NCBI RefSeq assembly: GCF_009914755.1 | Contig: NC_060927.1 | DNA: 64,000 nucleotides | Origin: the human T2T-CHM13v2.0 reference genome, Homo sapiens | Strand: one strand, 5' to 3' | Shown: piece after piece, positions 33,500 to 49,213 of the stretch | Position numbering within the stretch: position 1 is the first letter of the stretch | How the letters are laid out: each line of letters opens with the position of its first letter | Position numbers and translations under genes: made by a program | The notes under the pieces: generated by a model | Seen by the model: only the letters and a program-made list of their open reading frames with translations | What the model was told of the DNA's origin: nothing | Databases searched by the model: none

Positions 33500-33730
33500 A
33501 TTTAACAGCACAGGCTCTGCAATTAGAACCAGATTAGAATTGCAGTTTACTAGCTGTTAAGTTAAAGCAAATTACTTCACCTCTCTAAGACTTGGTTTCT
33601 TCATCACTAAAATGGGTTAAATTTTATCTACTTGCAAAGTTGTTGCAAAAATAATAATAATAAGATAGTGTCTGTGGAGAGTTTGACAAGAGCTCAGGTA
33701 ACAAATGATCAATAAATGGGAGCTGTATTT
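33500..33730 (+). mobile_element. MIR
   Basis: TTACTTCACCTCTCTAAGACTTGGTTTCTTCATC core. Confidence 0.7.
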
Positions 33731-33869
33731 TTTAACTCATCGGGTCAAGTTAAAACTCATATCCAAGGAGTCCACTCTTACCTCATCCATACTCAATTGC
33801 AATTAAATTTCCCATGGCACCTGTCCAATTTGACCTTTCTCTAAATCCACCATCCCATTGGAGGTAGCT

Positions 33870-34757
33870 GTCAGAAGTGGGGATCAGTTGGTTACTTGAC
33901 CTGGCATCTATTCCATGGCTTCTCTCTTCTCAACAGCACCTCCCTCTTCCTTAGGGAACCATGTTTTGCTCCCAGTGCAACAGTCAAAAGGCCCAGATAA
34001 GGACTGACCCCACCCATTACTGCAAGTGGGCACCAATTTGCATAAGCATCAATGATTAGGGATTGCAGAACTAAGGCATTCAGCACACAGTACATGACGT
34101 TCCTCTGGGTCTCTCTCTCCCTGGCTGTGAGTAACAAGGCATATCACCCGTTTGCCCCTGTTATCCATCTGCAAATAAGAGCCATCTTGGCCGGGCGCAG
34201 TGGCTCACGCCTATAATTCCAGCACTTTGCGAGGCTGAGGCAGACGGATCACTTGAGCTCAGTTTGAGACCAGCCTAGCCAACATGGTGAAACTCCATCT
34301 CTATTAAAAATACAAAAATTAGCAGGGCATGGTGGTGCACGCCTACAATCCCAGCTACTTGGGAAGCAGAGGTAGGAGAATCGCTTGAACCTGGAGGTTG
34401 CAATGAGCCAAAATCACATCATTACACTCCAGCCTCGGTGACAGAGCGAGACTCTATCTCAAAAAGAAGAGCCATTTTGAGGCTCAAGACAGGAGGAGGG
34501 TGAAAACAGCAGCTCTGAGAGAATCAAGGCTGTCCATTACAGATATGTAGGTTGTATCTTCACAGGTAGTCAATACAGACTATCGGCAGCTCTGAAGCAA
34601 ATTACAGAGAAATTGGACCCATACGCTGATTGAGCCATACCTGAAGCTCCATCCTTCTGAAATTCTAAGTTATATGCATCAGTTCATCTCCTTTGCTACC
34701 TAAGCCATTTGAGTTGCATTTTTTAAATTAATTATAACCAAAAGCATCAAGTGATAC
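33870..34757 (+). mobile_element. Old MLT1 LTR interrupted by an Alu
   Basis: 3' end CTAAGCCATTTGAGTTGC...ACCAAAAGCATCAAGTGATACA. Confidence 0.55.
34189..34466 (+). mobile_element. Alu (AluS-like)
   Basis: Full dimer; TSD-like AAGAGCCAT. Confidence 0.95.
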
Positions 34758-35139
34758 AACAGTTTAACTATACAACCTCGGGGTAACACAGAGTCTCCCA
34801 CCCTGCATAAAATACTCAAGTTGAAATCACTTTTCAGTCATCCATTATATTCACTCATTACAGGTGCTGGAGACAGAGCAGTCAACAGGAGAAAACATCA
34901 CCCCTAACCTACTTCACCTGGGACAATGAGCGCACTACCATATGCTGAGCTTAAGAAAACTGTCATCGGTAAATGTACCGATTAAAAAGAAAAAGGCCAA
35001 AGGACACTAAAACATGATCTACCCCAAGCTTTCAAAGTTAAGAAGCATCAACCCAACGTATCACTCCAACCGTGTCTTGGAGCAGCTGGATGTGACACCA
35101 AAGATCTGTAACTGTCCTCACTATTTGTGGAGGCACTGT

Positions 35140-35335
35140 CTTCTGTGCCATTCAATACGGTAGACACTAGCCACAAGCAGATAGATTTAAACTGTGTGTC
35201 AGTACAATGTAAAATTCAGTTCCTCAGCCACATTACAGGTACACAATTGCCACATGTGGCTAGGGAATAAAATATTGCACAGTGTAGATAAAGAATATTC
35301 CATCATCACAGAAAGTTCTATTAGTCAATGCTGTC
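35140..35335. mobile_element. MER3-like hAT-Charlie MITE
   Basis: CACTAGCCACA...AAATTCAGTTCCTCAG...GCCACATGTGGCTAG...CATCACAGAAAGTTCTATT. Confidence 0.8.
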
Positions 35336-35609
35336 TTTCCACCGGAGTTCCCTTTCTGCCTTAAAAGGGCAAGCATGGTACAGAGGAAAAGGTCCCTCTA
35401 AATTACTAAAACCCTGAAGCAAGAAAATGAACTTCCACAAACACATATGCACACACCTAGCATTTGCCCCCTAGAAGAACTTGCAGCTCAAATAACTCAA
35501 TTTGTCTTTCTATTCTTGACTGCCTCCCACAATCAGTGTTCATTCGAGTGTACAGTGGGGTCTGTTACCATCACTTGTTAGATAACTGGAAGAAAGGCCA
35601 ATATTTTAG

Positions 35610-35800
35610 AGCCTGGAGCATCACACGCTGGACTTGCCACATTCAGCCAGAGCACCTTTAAACACTGGATTCACAGAGTCCACACCCCCAGGATTCTGAT
35701 CCCGTAGGTCTGGGATGGGGTCTAGTAATCCCCATATTTAACAAACACCCTGCCTGATTCTATGTAAGTGGCTGTTCTGTGGACCACTCTTTGGAGGTGG
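35610..35800. mobile_element. MER5A-like MITE
   Basis: GATTCTGATCCCGTAGGTCTGGGATGGGG...GGACCACTCTTTG. Confidence 0.7.
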
Positions 35801-38222
35801 AGTATCAGGACTGTGCTGAGCAGGGAGACATGAGTCAGAATCACTAATAAAGCCACGCCCCGGTGACTATAACTTGAAAACTCTCCCAGGTAATTCTGAT
35901 ATACTTTCCATTCACCCAAATCCAATGTGTGGGGTACTGTGTTCAAAGTTGATGATTTTCTTCAAGAAGCTGTGCCTGCAATCTGTTAGCAGCCATCAGG
36001 TGAATATAAGTGCCTGGTAACAGGTGCACAGGACTGCAAATTTCCCCCGCAGCCTTTTCCCGAATGTCTCTTTCCCCTCTGGAATTCAGGCAACAGGGTG
36101 ACTCACCATGTTGTATTAAACCCCATGGATAAGCTCCTTCCACCAAAAAAAAGCCTCCAATCCTTACAACCAGCTGTCTTATTCCCATTAATGGCTTCTT
36201 CTCACAATTATCTTTCTTTGGGATAATTTATTTCACACAGAATATCTTGAGCTTACATTTTTAGCTAAAATGTCGCAGAAACAAATTCACATTGCTTAAG
36301 AAAGCCAGGGCCTTTCTTCCCTATGGCAGTATTTTCCCACGGAGTTGAAGAGACATACCTAGGCAACAGCTACATGAATTTTTCCTTTGCTGGGCATCCT
36401 ATTTTCCCGATTTTTCTCTTATAAATAATGACACATGTATAATATATCAATATTGAGATAACACTTTGTGTCTTCAAAAGTTTTCTCTTTTTAATTTTAA
36501 AAGAAAAATAAATTTATAGGGTTAATAAATGTGGCTCATAGATTCAAATAGGCAGAAGCCAGGACATTTCCTTGGATGTAGGTATCCGAAACAACAGTCT
36601 CATCTGCTGTCCTTACACTGGAATGAACAATTACTGGGGATTTTTTTCCATCTTTGCCTAAACTCAAGATTCAAAGTCCCAAATTAACCCATAGCTTTTG
36701 GACACGTGTCAGCCATTCGAACATGGAATCTCATTGTCTCTGTTACCTATTGCCATTATAATGCCATATAATTAACAATCACGAAACCTCAGTGGCATAT
36801 AGCAATATGCATTTATCACATATGTACCTAGAGTTCACTTAGGGTCAGCTAGAGTGCTCTGCTAATCCTAACTGAAATAAAACAGGTTTCATATACACTG
36901 TGGAGGAACTTAACTGTGCATTTGCACTGTGACATGGCTAAACTCTTTAACAAAGACGAAAGCACAGAAATTTAACCTGGGATCGCCCAGCCTGAAACAC
37001 CATGAAATATAAGCTTTTTGTGCCACATTATCCTTGAGCATTTTATAGTAGCAGAAAGAAGTCAAACTTCACGCCAAGCTAGGGGACTTCTGGGTGCTCC
37101 AAAAGCAGTGACCACAATGAAGGAAGTGGATCGGGGCATACAGTAGTCTAAACTTGAAAACTCTCCTAAGTTGCATCTCACATCAGAAGTTCTGGATTAC
37201 ATATAGAATATCCTATCTAAAATTTGAATTCCTAGACAGTCTATTGGAATGTTCCATTCTGATATGGAAATGGAGGGGGAAAGGGGACTAGAGAAGGAGA
37301 GAAAAGACACACAGTACAAGTCCAAACCAAGTAAGATTTTAACCCTGCATTGGACTTTTGCTGACAATTTTATAGTTTTAATTTAATAGAGGACCTTTCT
37401 TGGCTCCTTGATAGAAAAAAAACTGCACTGACTAAATTTCTCATCTGAATTACCTGAATCCCTTTCCTCATCCTAGTGCAGCAAACCTGGTGCCCGACAT
37501 GAATTATGCAATGCAGAACAATCCATTATGCAGGCAGGAAAGCAAGAAGGGCTACACTGGTTTGCAAAAAACAAAAAACAAAATTCTACCATGTAATGCT
37601 GGCACTGAAAAACAGATGACTACCGGTCTTAGAGGTTAATCATGTTCTGACACTGTCCACTCCTGGGGTAAAGGTTAGGGTCCCAATTTATCTATAGAAA
37701 AGTCCAAACAAGTTGTATTATTAGGAACTTTCCTGCCAAATTTAAAACCTCCCTAAATGGTATACATAAACTTCATTCGTTCTTGTTGGTAAAGCTACAC
37801 ATTTCACAATCAAATCACTTCAGGGCAGAGAATAGATTCTATTCCTGTACTAAGAACTCAAATTCACGTGAACATCAATTTCAAGATGTGACTTTGCACC
37901 CAGTTCTAAGACCCGGCAGACCAGGGCCCTGGGACAAAATATTCCAAGAATTATGATCAGCTGTCAAAATATGCTCTCTCCCCAGCTCTTCATAACTTGA
38001 ATTGGAAAGCTGTCACCAGCTGGGCCTCAAATAAACCTACATGGACTATAATGCCAAAGTAGACCACTTCCAAAATGTACTATTCATTTCAACACACATT
38101 TCCTGACCCTTTTTGTGAGTTGGTCAGTATCCTGGGCCCTGAGAATACAGAAAGAGTAATGCAATTACTGCTTTTGGAGAGATGAAGTATGAGAGAAACC
38201 AAGTGAGAGACAAATATATAAA

Positions 38223-38864
<642 letters not shown>

Positions 38865-38959
38865 TCAGTTTCTGACTTGTGAAGACCACCATAAATAAAC
38901 AATTCCAGTAGAAGGTATTATCTTTACAAGTGAGATAAGTGAAAAATTACAGGACTCTC

Positions 38960-39890
<931 letters not shown>

Positions 39891-41025
39891 TCACCAGGAA
39901 AATACATAAGCTGTGGAATCACAGACCAATTTTAGATAGTGATTGATAGTCATATAAGGTCACGATACTATTTAAGTTTTTAAAAGATTAGAAACCAAAA
40001 TCTAGATGCCTACGCTTTTTATAAAATAAAATGTTAAAAAAACACATGCTGCAACACCGGAGAAAGCTTTTTTTTTTTTAACAACTTGATCTTGAGTTCT
40101 GAATTCTTAACTAACTCACACAGACTTAAACAGGCTGATAGATGGAGGAGGAAATGAACATGCTCTCCCTATCAGATGTAAATTCTAACGCTTGGCCAAG
40201 AATCCAGGTGGTAAAATACTATTTAAACCAGGCCAAGGTGGTACCTTCCACGGCCACATTACATAAGCAACAGGCGCAAGCAGATGCACACATCTGGCCA
40301 GAATAAAGGCCCTCTAAGACCTTCAACATAATTAATTCAATATTTTTCTCTATAGTTCAAAATGCTACAACAACTGGCAGACAACCATCTTAAATCATCA
40401 CGGAAAAGTCAGACATATGGCTAAGTATATTTAATATGCTTTAAAAATAAGACATGGATTTTCTAGCCAACAAGATCTCAGACAATTTTTTTTTTAATTT
40501 TGCCTACTCATTACCCTCAAAAAGAATTCAATTCAACAGATATTCCTGAGTACCTACGGAGGGCAGAGACTACAAAGATCCATAAAATAAGGATGTTGCC
40601 TTCAAGAAACACATAATCTAGTATGGGAGACAGTTGGGCAAAACTATAGTTACAAGGCACCATTGTGACTCTTTGAAATAATGAAGTGCATGGAGGATAG
40701 AGAGAGGGCACACGGGAGGAAAGAATGGACAGTGTTGGTGAGACTGATCAGAGAGAAGAGGAGATGGCGGCAATTAAGCAGAATTGCTTGAAAATATATA
40801 GCAGCACACCGTTTTTTGGCAGGAAACACTTTGGGAAACCATTTTTTATTTATCGGACTATCTTCCGTGGGGTCACCAAGCATGTTGTACTGTCTCTCTG
40901 GCAGCAAAAGGGCCAGCCTAAGACCGGTGTCTCTACATTGACATGAGGGCTCCAGGCTATGGGGTAGACACATTTCTTTCTTTTTTCTTTTTTTTTTCTT
41001 CTTTTTCTTAAAAAAAGAGAGGACC

Positions 41026-41446
<421 letters not shown>

Positions 41447-41762
41447 TAGTAGCTGGGACTACAAGCATGAACCACCATGCCCCTGCTGTCAAGGCATTTC
41501 TAACATGGAAACCTAGAGTAAGATTATTGGAATCAGGTAGATCTGAGTTTGAATCTCACCTAGGTCAGCAGTCAGGGAACCAGGAGAACCTGACTTCTCA
41601 AGCTAATTTTCTCACAGCTGAAATGAGAATAAGCTCATCTACCTAGACAAACCCTTAACCTGGGTTTAAGTGATGTATCAGAGGAACAATAAATAATAGT
41701 TACAATTACTAGCATATCCCTCCTAACTCAGATTCCCAGTATCAAGCATGGAGTCATGCCTG

Positions 41763-41985
41763 TAGAGGGGCTTTCTCAACCTCAGCCTTACTGACATTTT
41801 GGGCTGGATAATTCTCCCTTGAGGGGCTGTTGTGTACATTGTGGGGTGTTCAGCAGGGTCCCGGGCCTCTACTCTCTAGATGCCAGAAGCAACCCTCTCC
41901 TTAATTGTGACAACCAAAAATGGCTCCAGACGTTGCCAAATGTCCCCTGGGGAACAAACTTGCCCCCAGCTGAGAACCACTGATT
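41763..41985. mobile_element. MER20 (hAT-Charlie)
   Basis: TTCTCAACCTCAGC...TGACATTTTGGGCTGGATAATTCT...CAGACGTTGCCAAATGTCCCCTGGGG...GAGAACCACTG. Confidence 0.9.
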
Positions 41986-41996
41986 CAGAGGCACTA

Positions 41997-42283
<287 letters not shown>

Positions 42284-42309
42284 ATCACAGCTGCTTGTAG
42301 GGTAGGTAC

Positions 42310-43210
42310 TTCAATGAGCACCACTTAAGAGCCAGGCAGGGTAGTACAAGTTTTACATACATTATCTCATTTAATCCTTACAACCACTTTATGACACAGG
42401 TAACATTCTCATTTTCAACTGGGAGAACTGATGTTCTGGGAGGCTAACCTGTCCCTGGTCTCTCAGCTGGGAAGTGGGAGAGCCTGGATTTGAACCCAGG
42501 CGGTCTGACTCCAAACCCTTATGACCACTAAGCCCCACTGCTTATCCCTCCTAACCAGCCATTCCTGATGTAGGAGCCCAGACGTGGTACCAGGAAGATG
42601 AGAGGACCACAGAGTCCCATTCTCAAGAATCATCGTTGATGGTAAAAGCCTGCCTGAACACGCAAGAACTCGCCCTCCCTCCACACTACCACAACCTGCG
42701 ACCTGCGAACAATCATTAAAAGCAATTCCTCACCGAGGACAATGTGGGAGAAACTCGGGCAACTCAAACCTCCGTGAGGTCCGGAGGCTTCCTTCCTACT
42801 TGTCTGAACTAATCCAGTCTCAGCCTTTCAAAAAGGCAGCATCTGAATCAAGCAGAAAAAAGAGTGTTTTTTTTCTAGACTTGAAAAGCTCTCCAGAGAA
42901 CTGTACACTGCAATCTCCATCTCTCAAGAGATTCTTTCTTCTCTCCCAAGGGCTTTCAAATGGGGAGCATTCAAACAATTACAGAAGCCAACATTTATTG
43001 AGCACTCACTATGTGCCAAGCCCTGTGTCATGTGGTTTACTTTCTACTTTTCCAACAACCCTAGAGAGTAGGTATCATTATTATCCCCATTTTCCGAGGG
43101 GGAAACCTGGCACAAAGAGGTTCAGCATCTTGCCCCAGAACACCCAGCTCATAAAGTGTAAAGCCTGCCTCTTCACCCAAGCCAACCTTGGGTCCAAAAT
43201 CTGACTCTAT
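42310..43210 (-). mobile_element. Two MIR fragments (about 42310-42540 and 42990-43210) flanking unique sequence
   Basis: ATCTCATTTAATCCTTACAAC...GGATTTGAACCCAGG; CATTTATTGAGCACTCACTATGTGCCA. Confidence 0.75.
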
Positions 43211-43639
43211 GACACATCAGTAAATTGCTATTTGTGGATCATTTTATGAGCAGTACTACAGTCCTGATGACACTATATATAGCAGTAATTTTGAAACATG
43301 GCTTATAATCAGGGCACGATCGCCTTTTAATTGCACCATCATGCCCCTGTCCATAAAGAGAGCCTCGAGTCTTGTCTCATAAAGGAGTAAAGATTATCCT
43401 TATTGTAAGAAGCATAACTGTGGCCCATTAAACAGACACACAAATGCCTCCATCCACAGTAATGGTGGGGTTGATACCTTAGCCATGAGAATGTAATTAT
43501 CTTATGGAACTCATCTTCATGACACTGGAGATGGTAACAGAAAAAGTCTATACACACAGCCAGAAGAACCTCTCAGTCTGTTTAGGGGTGAGAGAGTCTG
43601 CAAAGTTCCATGACACACTCAGCATGGGGCTGCCTTAGA

Positions 43640-43800
43640 CACACAGTGGTGACTTGCTCTTTAAAGCATCTCCATTGGCCTTCTTGACTCACTGGTCTCA
43701 CCTCTTCCTTGCCCTACTGGAACTTCCTGGGAGCACCTCCCAGATAAGCCCTGTGCATTCAAATCCTGACCTAGAGTTGCCTTCTAGGGATTCATGTTGG
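43640..43800 (+). mobile_element. LTR16C-like ERVL LTR fragment
   Basis: CTTCCTGGGAGCACCTCCCAGATAAGCC...TCAAATCCTG...TGCCTTCTAGGG. Confidence 0.55.
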
Positions 43801-44389
43801 TGGGGAGCACACAGGACTGAAAGTGGACTGAGGCCAATGACTTGGCTAAGTAAGGGATGCTGTGCACAGACCTATCCCTAACTCGACAAGATCTTCATGG
43901 TGACTCTAGTAGCCTCAGCTCTCCTGTTTGGATCAGCCACCTGGTACCCCTTGTTACCGTCATTTCCCAAATCAAAGTAACCTCTGAAAATCAGGACACT
44001 CAATTAATTTTAAAGTCAAGGACCTCTTCCATGCAGGGAAACCTAAAATTGGAAATGTGACCTTATCTCTGACTCCAAGGAGACTCCAGTGGACTCTTCC
44101 CTCCCCTTCTTGACAAGAAACCAAGGACCCACATGTTCTTACTTGTAAACCCATAATACTAAGACCAACTGAAGCAGGCCAGCAATGTTCACTGACTTTA
44201 AGAATATTCCTGGATCAATCGGCTAAGCTCTATTTTAGCCCCAGCCATTGACTGTAAATGTTAAACTCTAACCAACTTTAATGTGATCCATCATCAGTCA
44301 CCTAAATTTTCAGGGACTTCTATATATCTACATTTTCAGAGGTAACTGACCTCAGAAGAGATTTATTCTAGTTCTAAACTTGACTGTAA

Positions 44390-44820
44390 ACATTTAACAA
44401 ATACCCAAGCAAGTACTAGGCACCATGCACTGTTTTTGCTACTGGGGATACTGTGGGAGAACAAGACAACATTCCTGCCATCTCAGAGCTTACATTCTAG
44501 AGAAAGAGGTAAAATAAGAAATTTACTTGTGGTGAAGTGATCTACATACTATGGAGTAAAATAAAGCTGAGAGGGGGAACAGGGAATGACACGTGGCAGT
44601 GGAGTTATGGTTTTCAATAATGTGCTCACAAGAGGCCTCACTGGGCAGGTGACATTTCAGAAAGACTTGAAGCTCAAGAGATAGCAAGCCTGTAAGATGA
44701 TCAGGTGGGCACTAGCAGGCAGGACAGAGAAAGAGAAGTAATATCCTTAGGACAGGTCACGGGCAGCCTTGGAAGTCACTATAAGGACTTCGGCTTTCAC
44801 TCAGATACAGAGACTACAGA
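44390..44820 (-). mobile_element. L2 fragment
   Basis: CTGGGGATACTGTGGGAGAACAAGACA...GAGCTTACATTCTAG...GGTGACATTTCAG. Confidence 0.75.
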
Positions 44821-46246
44821 AATGATTAATAATGGATTATTCCATTATGTAATTACTGAGCCATAAAAAGAGAAGATTTCTATTTAATCATAAAAGACAC
44901 TGCTCAAATTACATTTTCTAATTTTGCTACATGCCTTCGGAAAAGTTGACATCCAGAACACATTAGACCCTCCATAGGACACTTAACTAGAAAGCAGAGT
45001 CAATATGATAGGACCAACCTTGACATCTGTTGAAACAACAAAATGAATTCATAAGAAATACTACATCGATGCCGACCTCCATAGGGGAGAAGTCTAGCAA
45101 TGCACCAGTGTGTACTAGGGATTTTTCAAGGTTACAGATCTCACATATGAGCTGCAAAAAGACAGGCAGGCATGCAGTAACCTACTTTTTTAGGATGTGA
45201 ATGTCAGCCCTTAACGAATTTGACAGCCTTTATTCTCAGTGTATACAAAATCAGTATATCCTGTTACTTGTATATACAAACTCAAGGAAAGGGCCACTAA
45301 CACCAGAGAGTGGTGCTTTGCATTAAATAACCCTCGTTTACAAAGCAACATCCTTCATGTAAACCCTTGTGGTAAGGAGATGTCAGAATGTTTTCTCTTA
45401 TAAACCACTTAATTCCCCTTGGTGGATATCATCAATTCTGCCATCTAAAACCAGCTGGGTAATGAATGCCAAGAAACACGGTGAGCCAACTGTATGCCAT
45501 TGCCACAGAAGGTCAAGTTAATCTATTTTTAAATAACACAGCCAATGACAAGGGGTGGCCACTGGAAACGATGGACAAGTGCGTTGTACGTCCTTGCTTC
45601 ATTTTTTGTAAAACCTGTACAGTGTTCCACAGTGTAACCTAAAAATATCCTTCCAAGAGTGGTCTTTTGGCACCAAGAACAAAAACAGGTTGATTTTTGA
45701 AAGTTTAAGTTAAAAAAAAAAAGACATAAATACAAAGTACAATTTAAGAGCGAGAGGGCTAAAATTGGATTGTGTTCTGTAGCAAAGATCTGATTTGCTA
45801 TTAGCCAAAAAAAAAAAGTACACAGGGACAATGCTGCAAGAAAACGGAGGGAAAGAATCATTTTTAGGGATGAGGACACAGGTCCCACATCAACAAAAAA
45901 AATCCTCATCATCCTGCCTGCTGAACATCTGAAATTTCACGTTTAGAGGCTCACTTGTTAAACTTCAGTTAGAGTCAACAGGCAGAAATACTTGAATAGG
46001 ATTCATTAATCCTTGTCAGTCATTTATAGCCCAGTATAAATTATTAGACACAGAAAGCCAGCTAATTGGAAGATCTGATTACGAGAAAGTGAAGACCTCT
46101 GGATCCTAAACAAGAAGTAAAAGACAAATCGAGAGAAAGGGAGGAAAGATGTTGCAAGTGGCCTAGTTGCACTTACCTTCCGAAACAATGGAATAGTCAT
46201 TCAGGCATCCAACCAATTTTAGTGAGCACCTATTATTTGCTGGGTC

Positions 46247-47337
<1,091 letters not shown>

Positions 47338-47360
47338 AAGGGCACTATCTTATATGCAGT

Positions 47361-47469
47361 CAGTGGTGTGTGGGGGCCAGCTCACATTGGCTTGGGAACA
47401 GCAAGTATACGCGTCTCTTCCCAACTCCAGCTATGCTATAAATCAGGGTCTACCCACTACTAGCACTGG
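47361..47469. mobile_element. MER63-like hAT MITE fragment
   Basis: CAGTGGTGTG...GCCAGCTCACATTGGCTTG...CTCTTCCCAACTCC...AGCACTGG. Confidence 0.55.
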
Positions 47470-48079
47470 TTGTTAAGCATTTTACAGCACACCAGAAGGA
47501 GGTCACTGAGGAGAAAGAAGCAAGACCAGAGATTCATGAGAAACCAAACAACTCTGAAAGACAAGGCCCTGTGTTTTAAAATGAGAGTTATTGTCATACA
47601 TTCCAATGAATCAAAACAATACCAAAACAAAAAACCACACAAAGAACTATATTCAACCATATGTGATCACAATTTCCCTCATTACAGTGAGGGGAAGGGT
47701 CTGGTGGTGGTTTGGTTTGGCTTTTAAATTGTATCTCTTTTATTATCTCCACACTGCCACACATACACAAAAAGTAGAGGGATAGTTACAGTTCCTGGGT
47801 AATTTGAAAAACCACAAAATTCACCTGCAAAAATATGTAAGCATGACCTGTAATACACCACTTTGGGAAACTACAATCATACCATTTTAAACCTTTGGAG
47901 TCTGGGTGATTCATGGAAACAAAGGATTTCACGAGCACAAATAACCTGAAGAGGCTCACCCACTTATTTTTGGCATAGAGAAATGTAGGCTCCAAGAATG
48001 TGACTGGCAGAGCTTATTCTAGAACCCAGGTCACCTGTCTCATCTGATGTCATCTTCTCAATTTTGGTCTATACCCTAG

Positions 48080-48315
48080 TACAGTAGTTCTTAAAACTGA
48101 ACCCTTGAATCCCTTAATAAGCCCATCAGAATCCCTTGAGGGTTTATTAAAACACCCCATGGTTGTTACCCCACCCCCCAACCCCAACCCCATCCCCCGC
48201 AAAGCTTCTGAATTGGTAGAACTAAGGTGGGGCCCAGGAATCTGGATTTCTAACCAGTTCCCAGGTTACTATACTAATGCCACTGGTCTGAGGACCTCAC
48301 TTGGAGACCTACTGT
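48080..48315. mobile_element. MER5A-like MITE containing a C-rich tract
   Basis: CAGTAGTTCTTAAA...GGGGCCCAGGAATCTGGATTTCTAACCAGTTCCCAGG...GAGGACCTCACTTGGAGA. Confidence 0.7.
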
Positions 48316-48589
48316 CCCAGGAATTGGGAGCACAGGCTTTGGAATCAGACAGAGCTGGGTTGCAGCTCTACTGCCACTGTGGTATGACCCTTGGAAAAGT
48401 TACCCAAATTCTCTGAACCTCAGCTTCTAACATCTGAGTCCAATTGTAAGGACTGAAAAAGAGAATGCCCACGAAGCATCAGCTTAGCCAAGCACCTATT
48501 ATATTCTAAGGCAAGATCTTAATACATACTAGCGACATCTTATATCCTGTATCAAAGTTTCCTTAATTACATTTTTCCGAAGCATATAC

Positions 48590-49100
48590 TAGGACGGCTA
48601 AAATTCAAAAGACAAACAAAATCAAAGATGGCCAAAGATGTAGAGCAACTGAAACATTAATAACAGCTTTATTCGTAATAGTAAAAAATGGTAAATACTC
48701 CAAATGTCCATAAACAAGCAAAAGGACAAACTGGTATGTGTATACAATGGAATATTACTTAGCAATAAAAAAAGAACCAAATGAAGTACACATGCAACAA
48801 AACGAAATCTCCAAAATATTTTGTTGAGTAACAAAAGCCAAACACAAAAGAGTACATACTGCATTAGTTCATTTTTATGAAGTTGAAGACAAAATTATTC
48901 TATGGTAGATCTATGGTGCAGGGGGAGGGGGGAATTAACTGGACAGGAACATGAGAAAAATTTCTGGGGTGATGAAAATGTTCTCTATCTTCATTTGAGT
49001 GATTAACATGAGTGCATACATCGCTTAAAACTCATCAAATTATATATCTAAGATATGCATTTTACTATAGGTAAATGATACCTGAATACACATAATTATA
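48590..49100 (+). mobile_element. L1M (MC/MD/ME-like) 3' end
   Basis: CAAATGTCCAT...TACAATGGAATATTACT...AAGCCAAACACAAAAGAGTACATACTG...TTTCTGGGGTGATGAAAATGTTCT. Confidence 0.85.
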
Positions 49101-49123
49101 TATAACTTTGTAAAGGCATTTTA

Positions 49124-49213
49124 TGACAAAGTACTGTCTTCCCCACTTAAAATGAACCAACTCCAACCTGACAAAGGACTGTCTTCTCCATTTAAAATGA
49201 ACCAAGTCCAACC
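49124..49213 (+). repeat. Tandem duplication, 2 x 45 bp
   Basis: TGACAAAGTACTGTCTTCCCCACTTAAAATGAACCAACTCCAACC and TGACAAAGGACTGTCTTCTCCATTTAAAATGAACCAAGTCCAACC, 4 mismatches. Confidence 0.95.
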
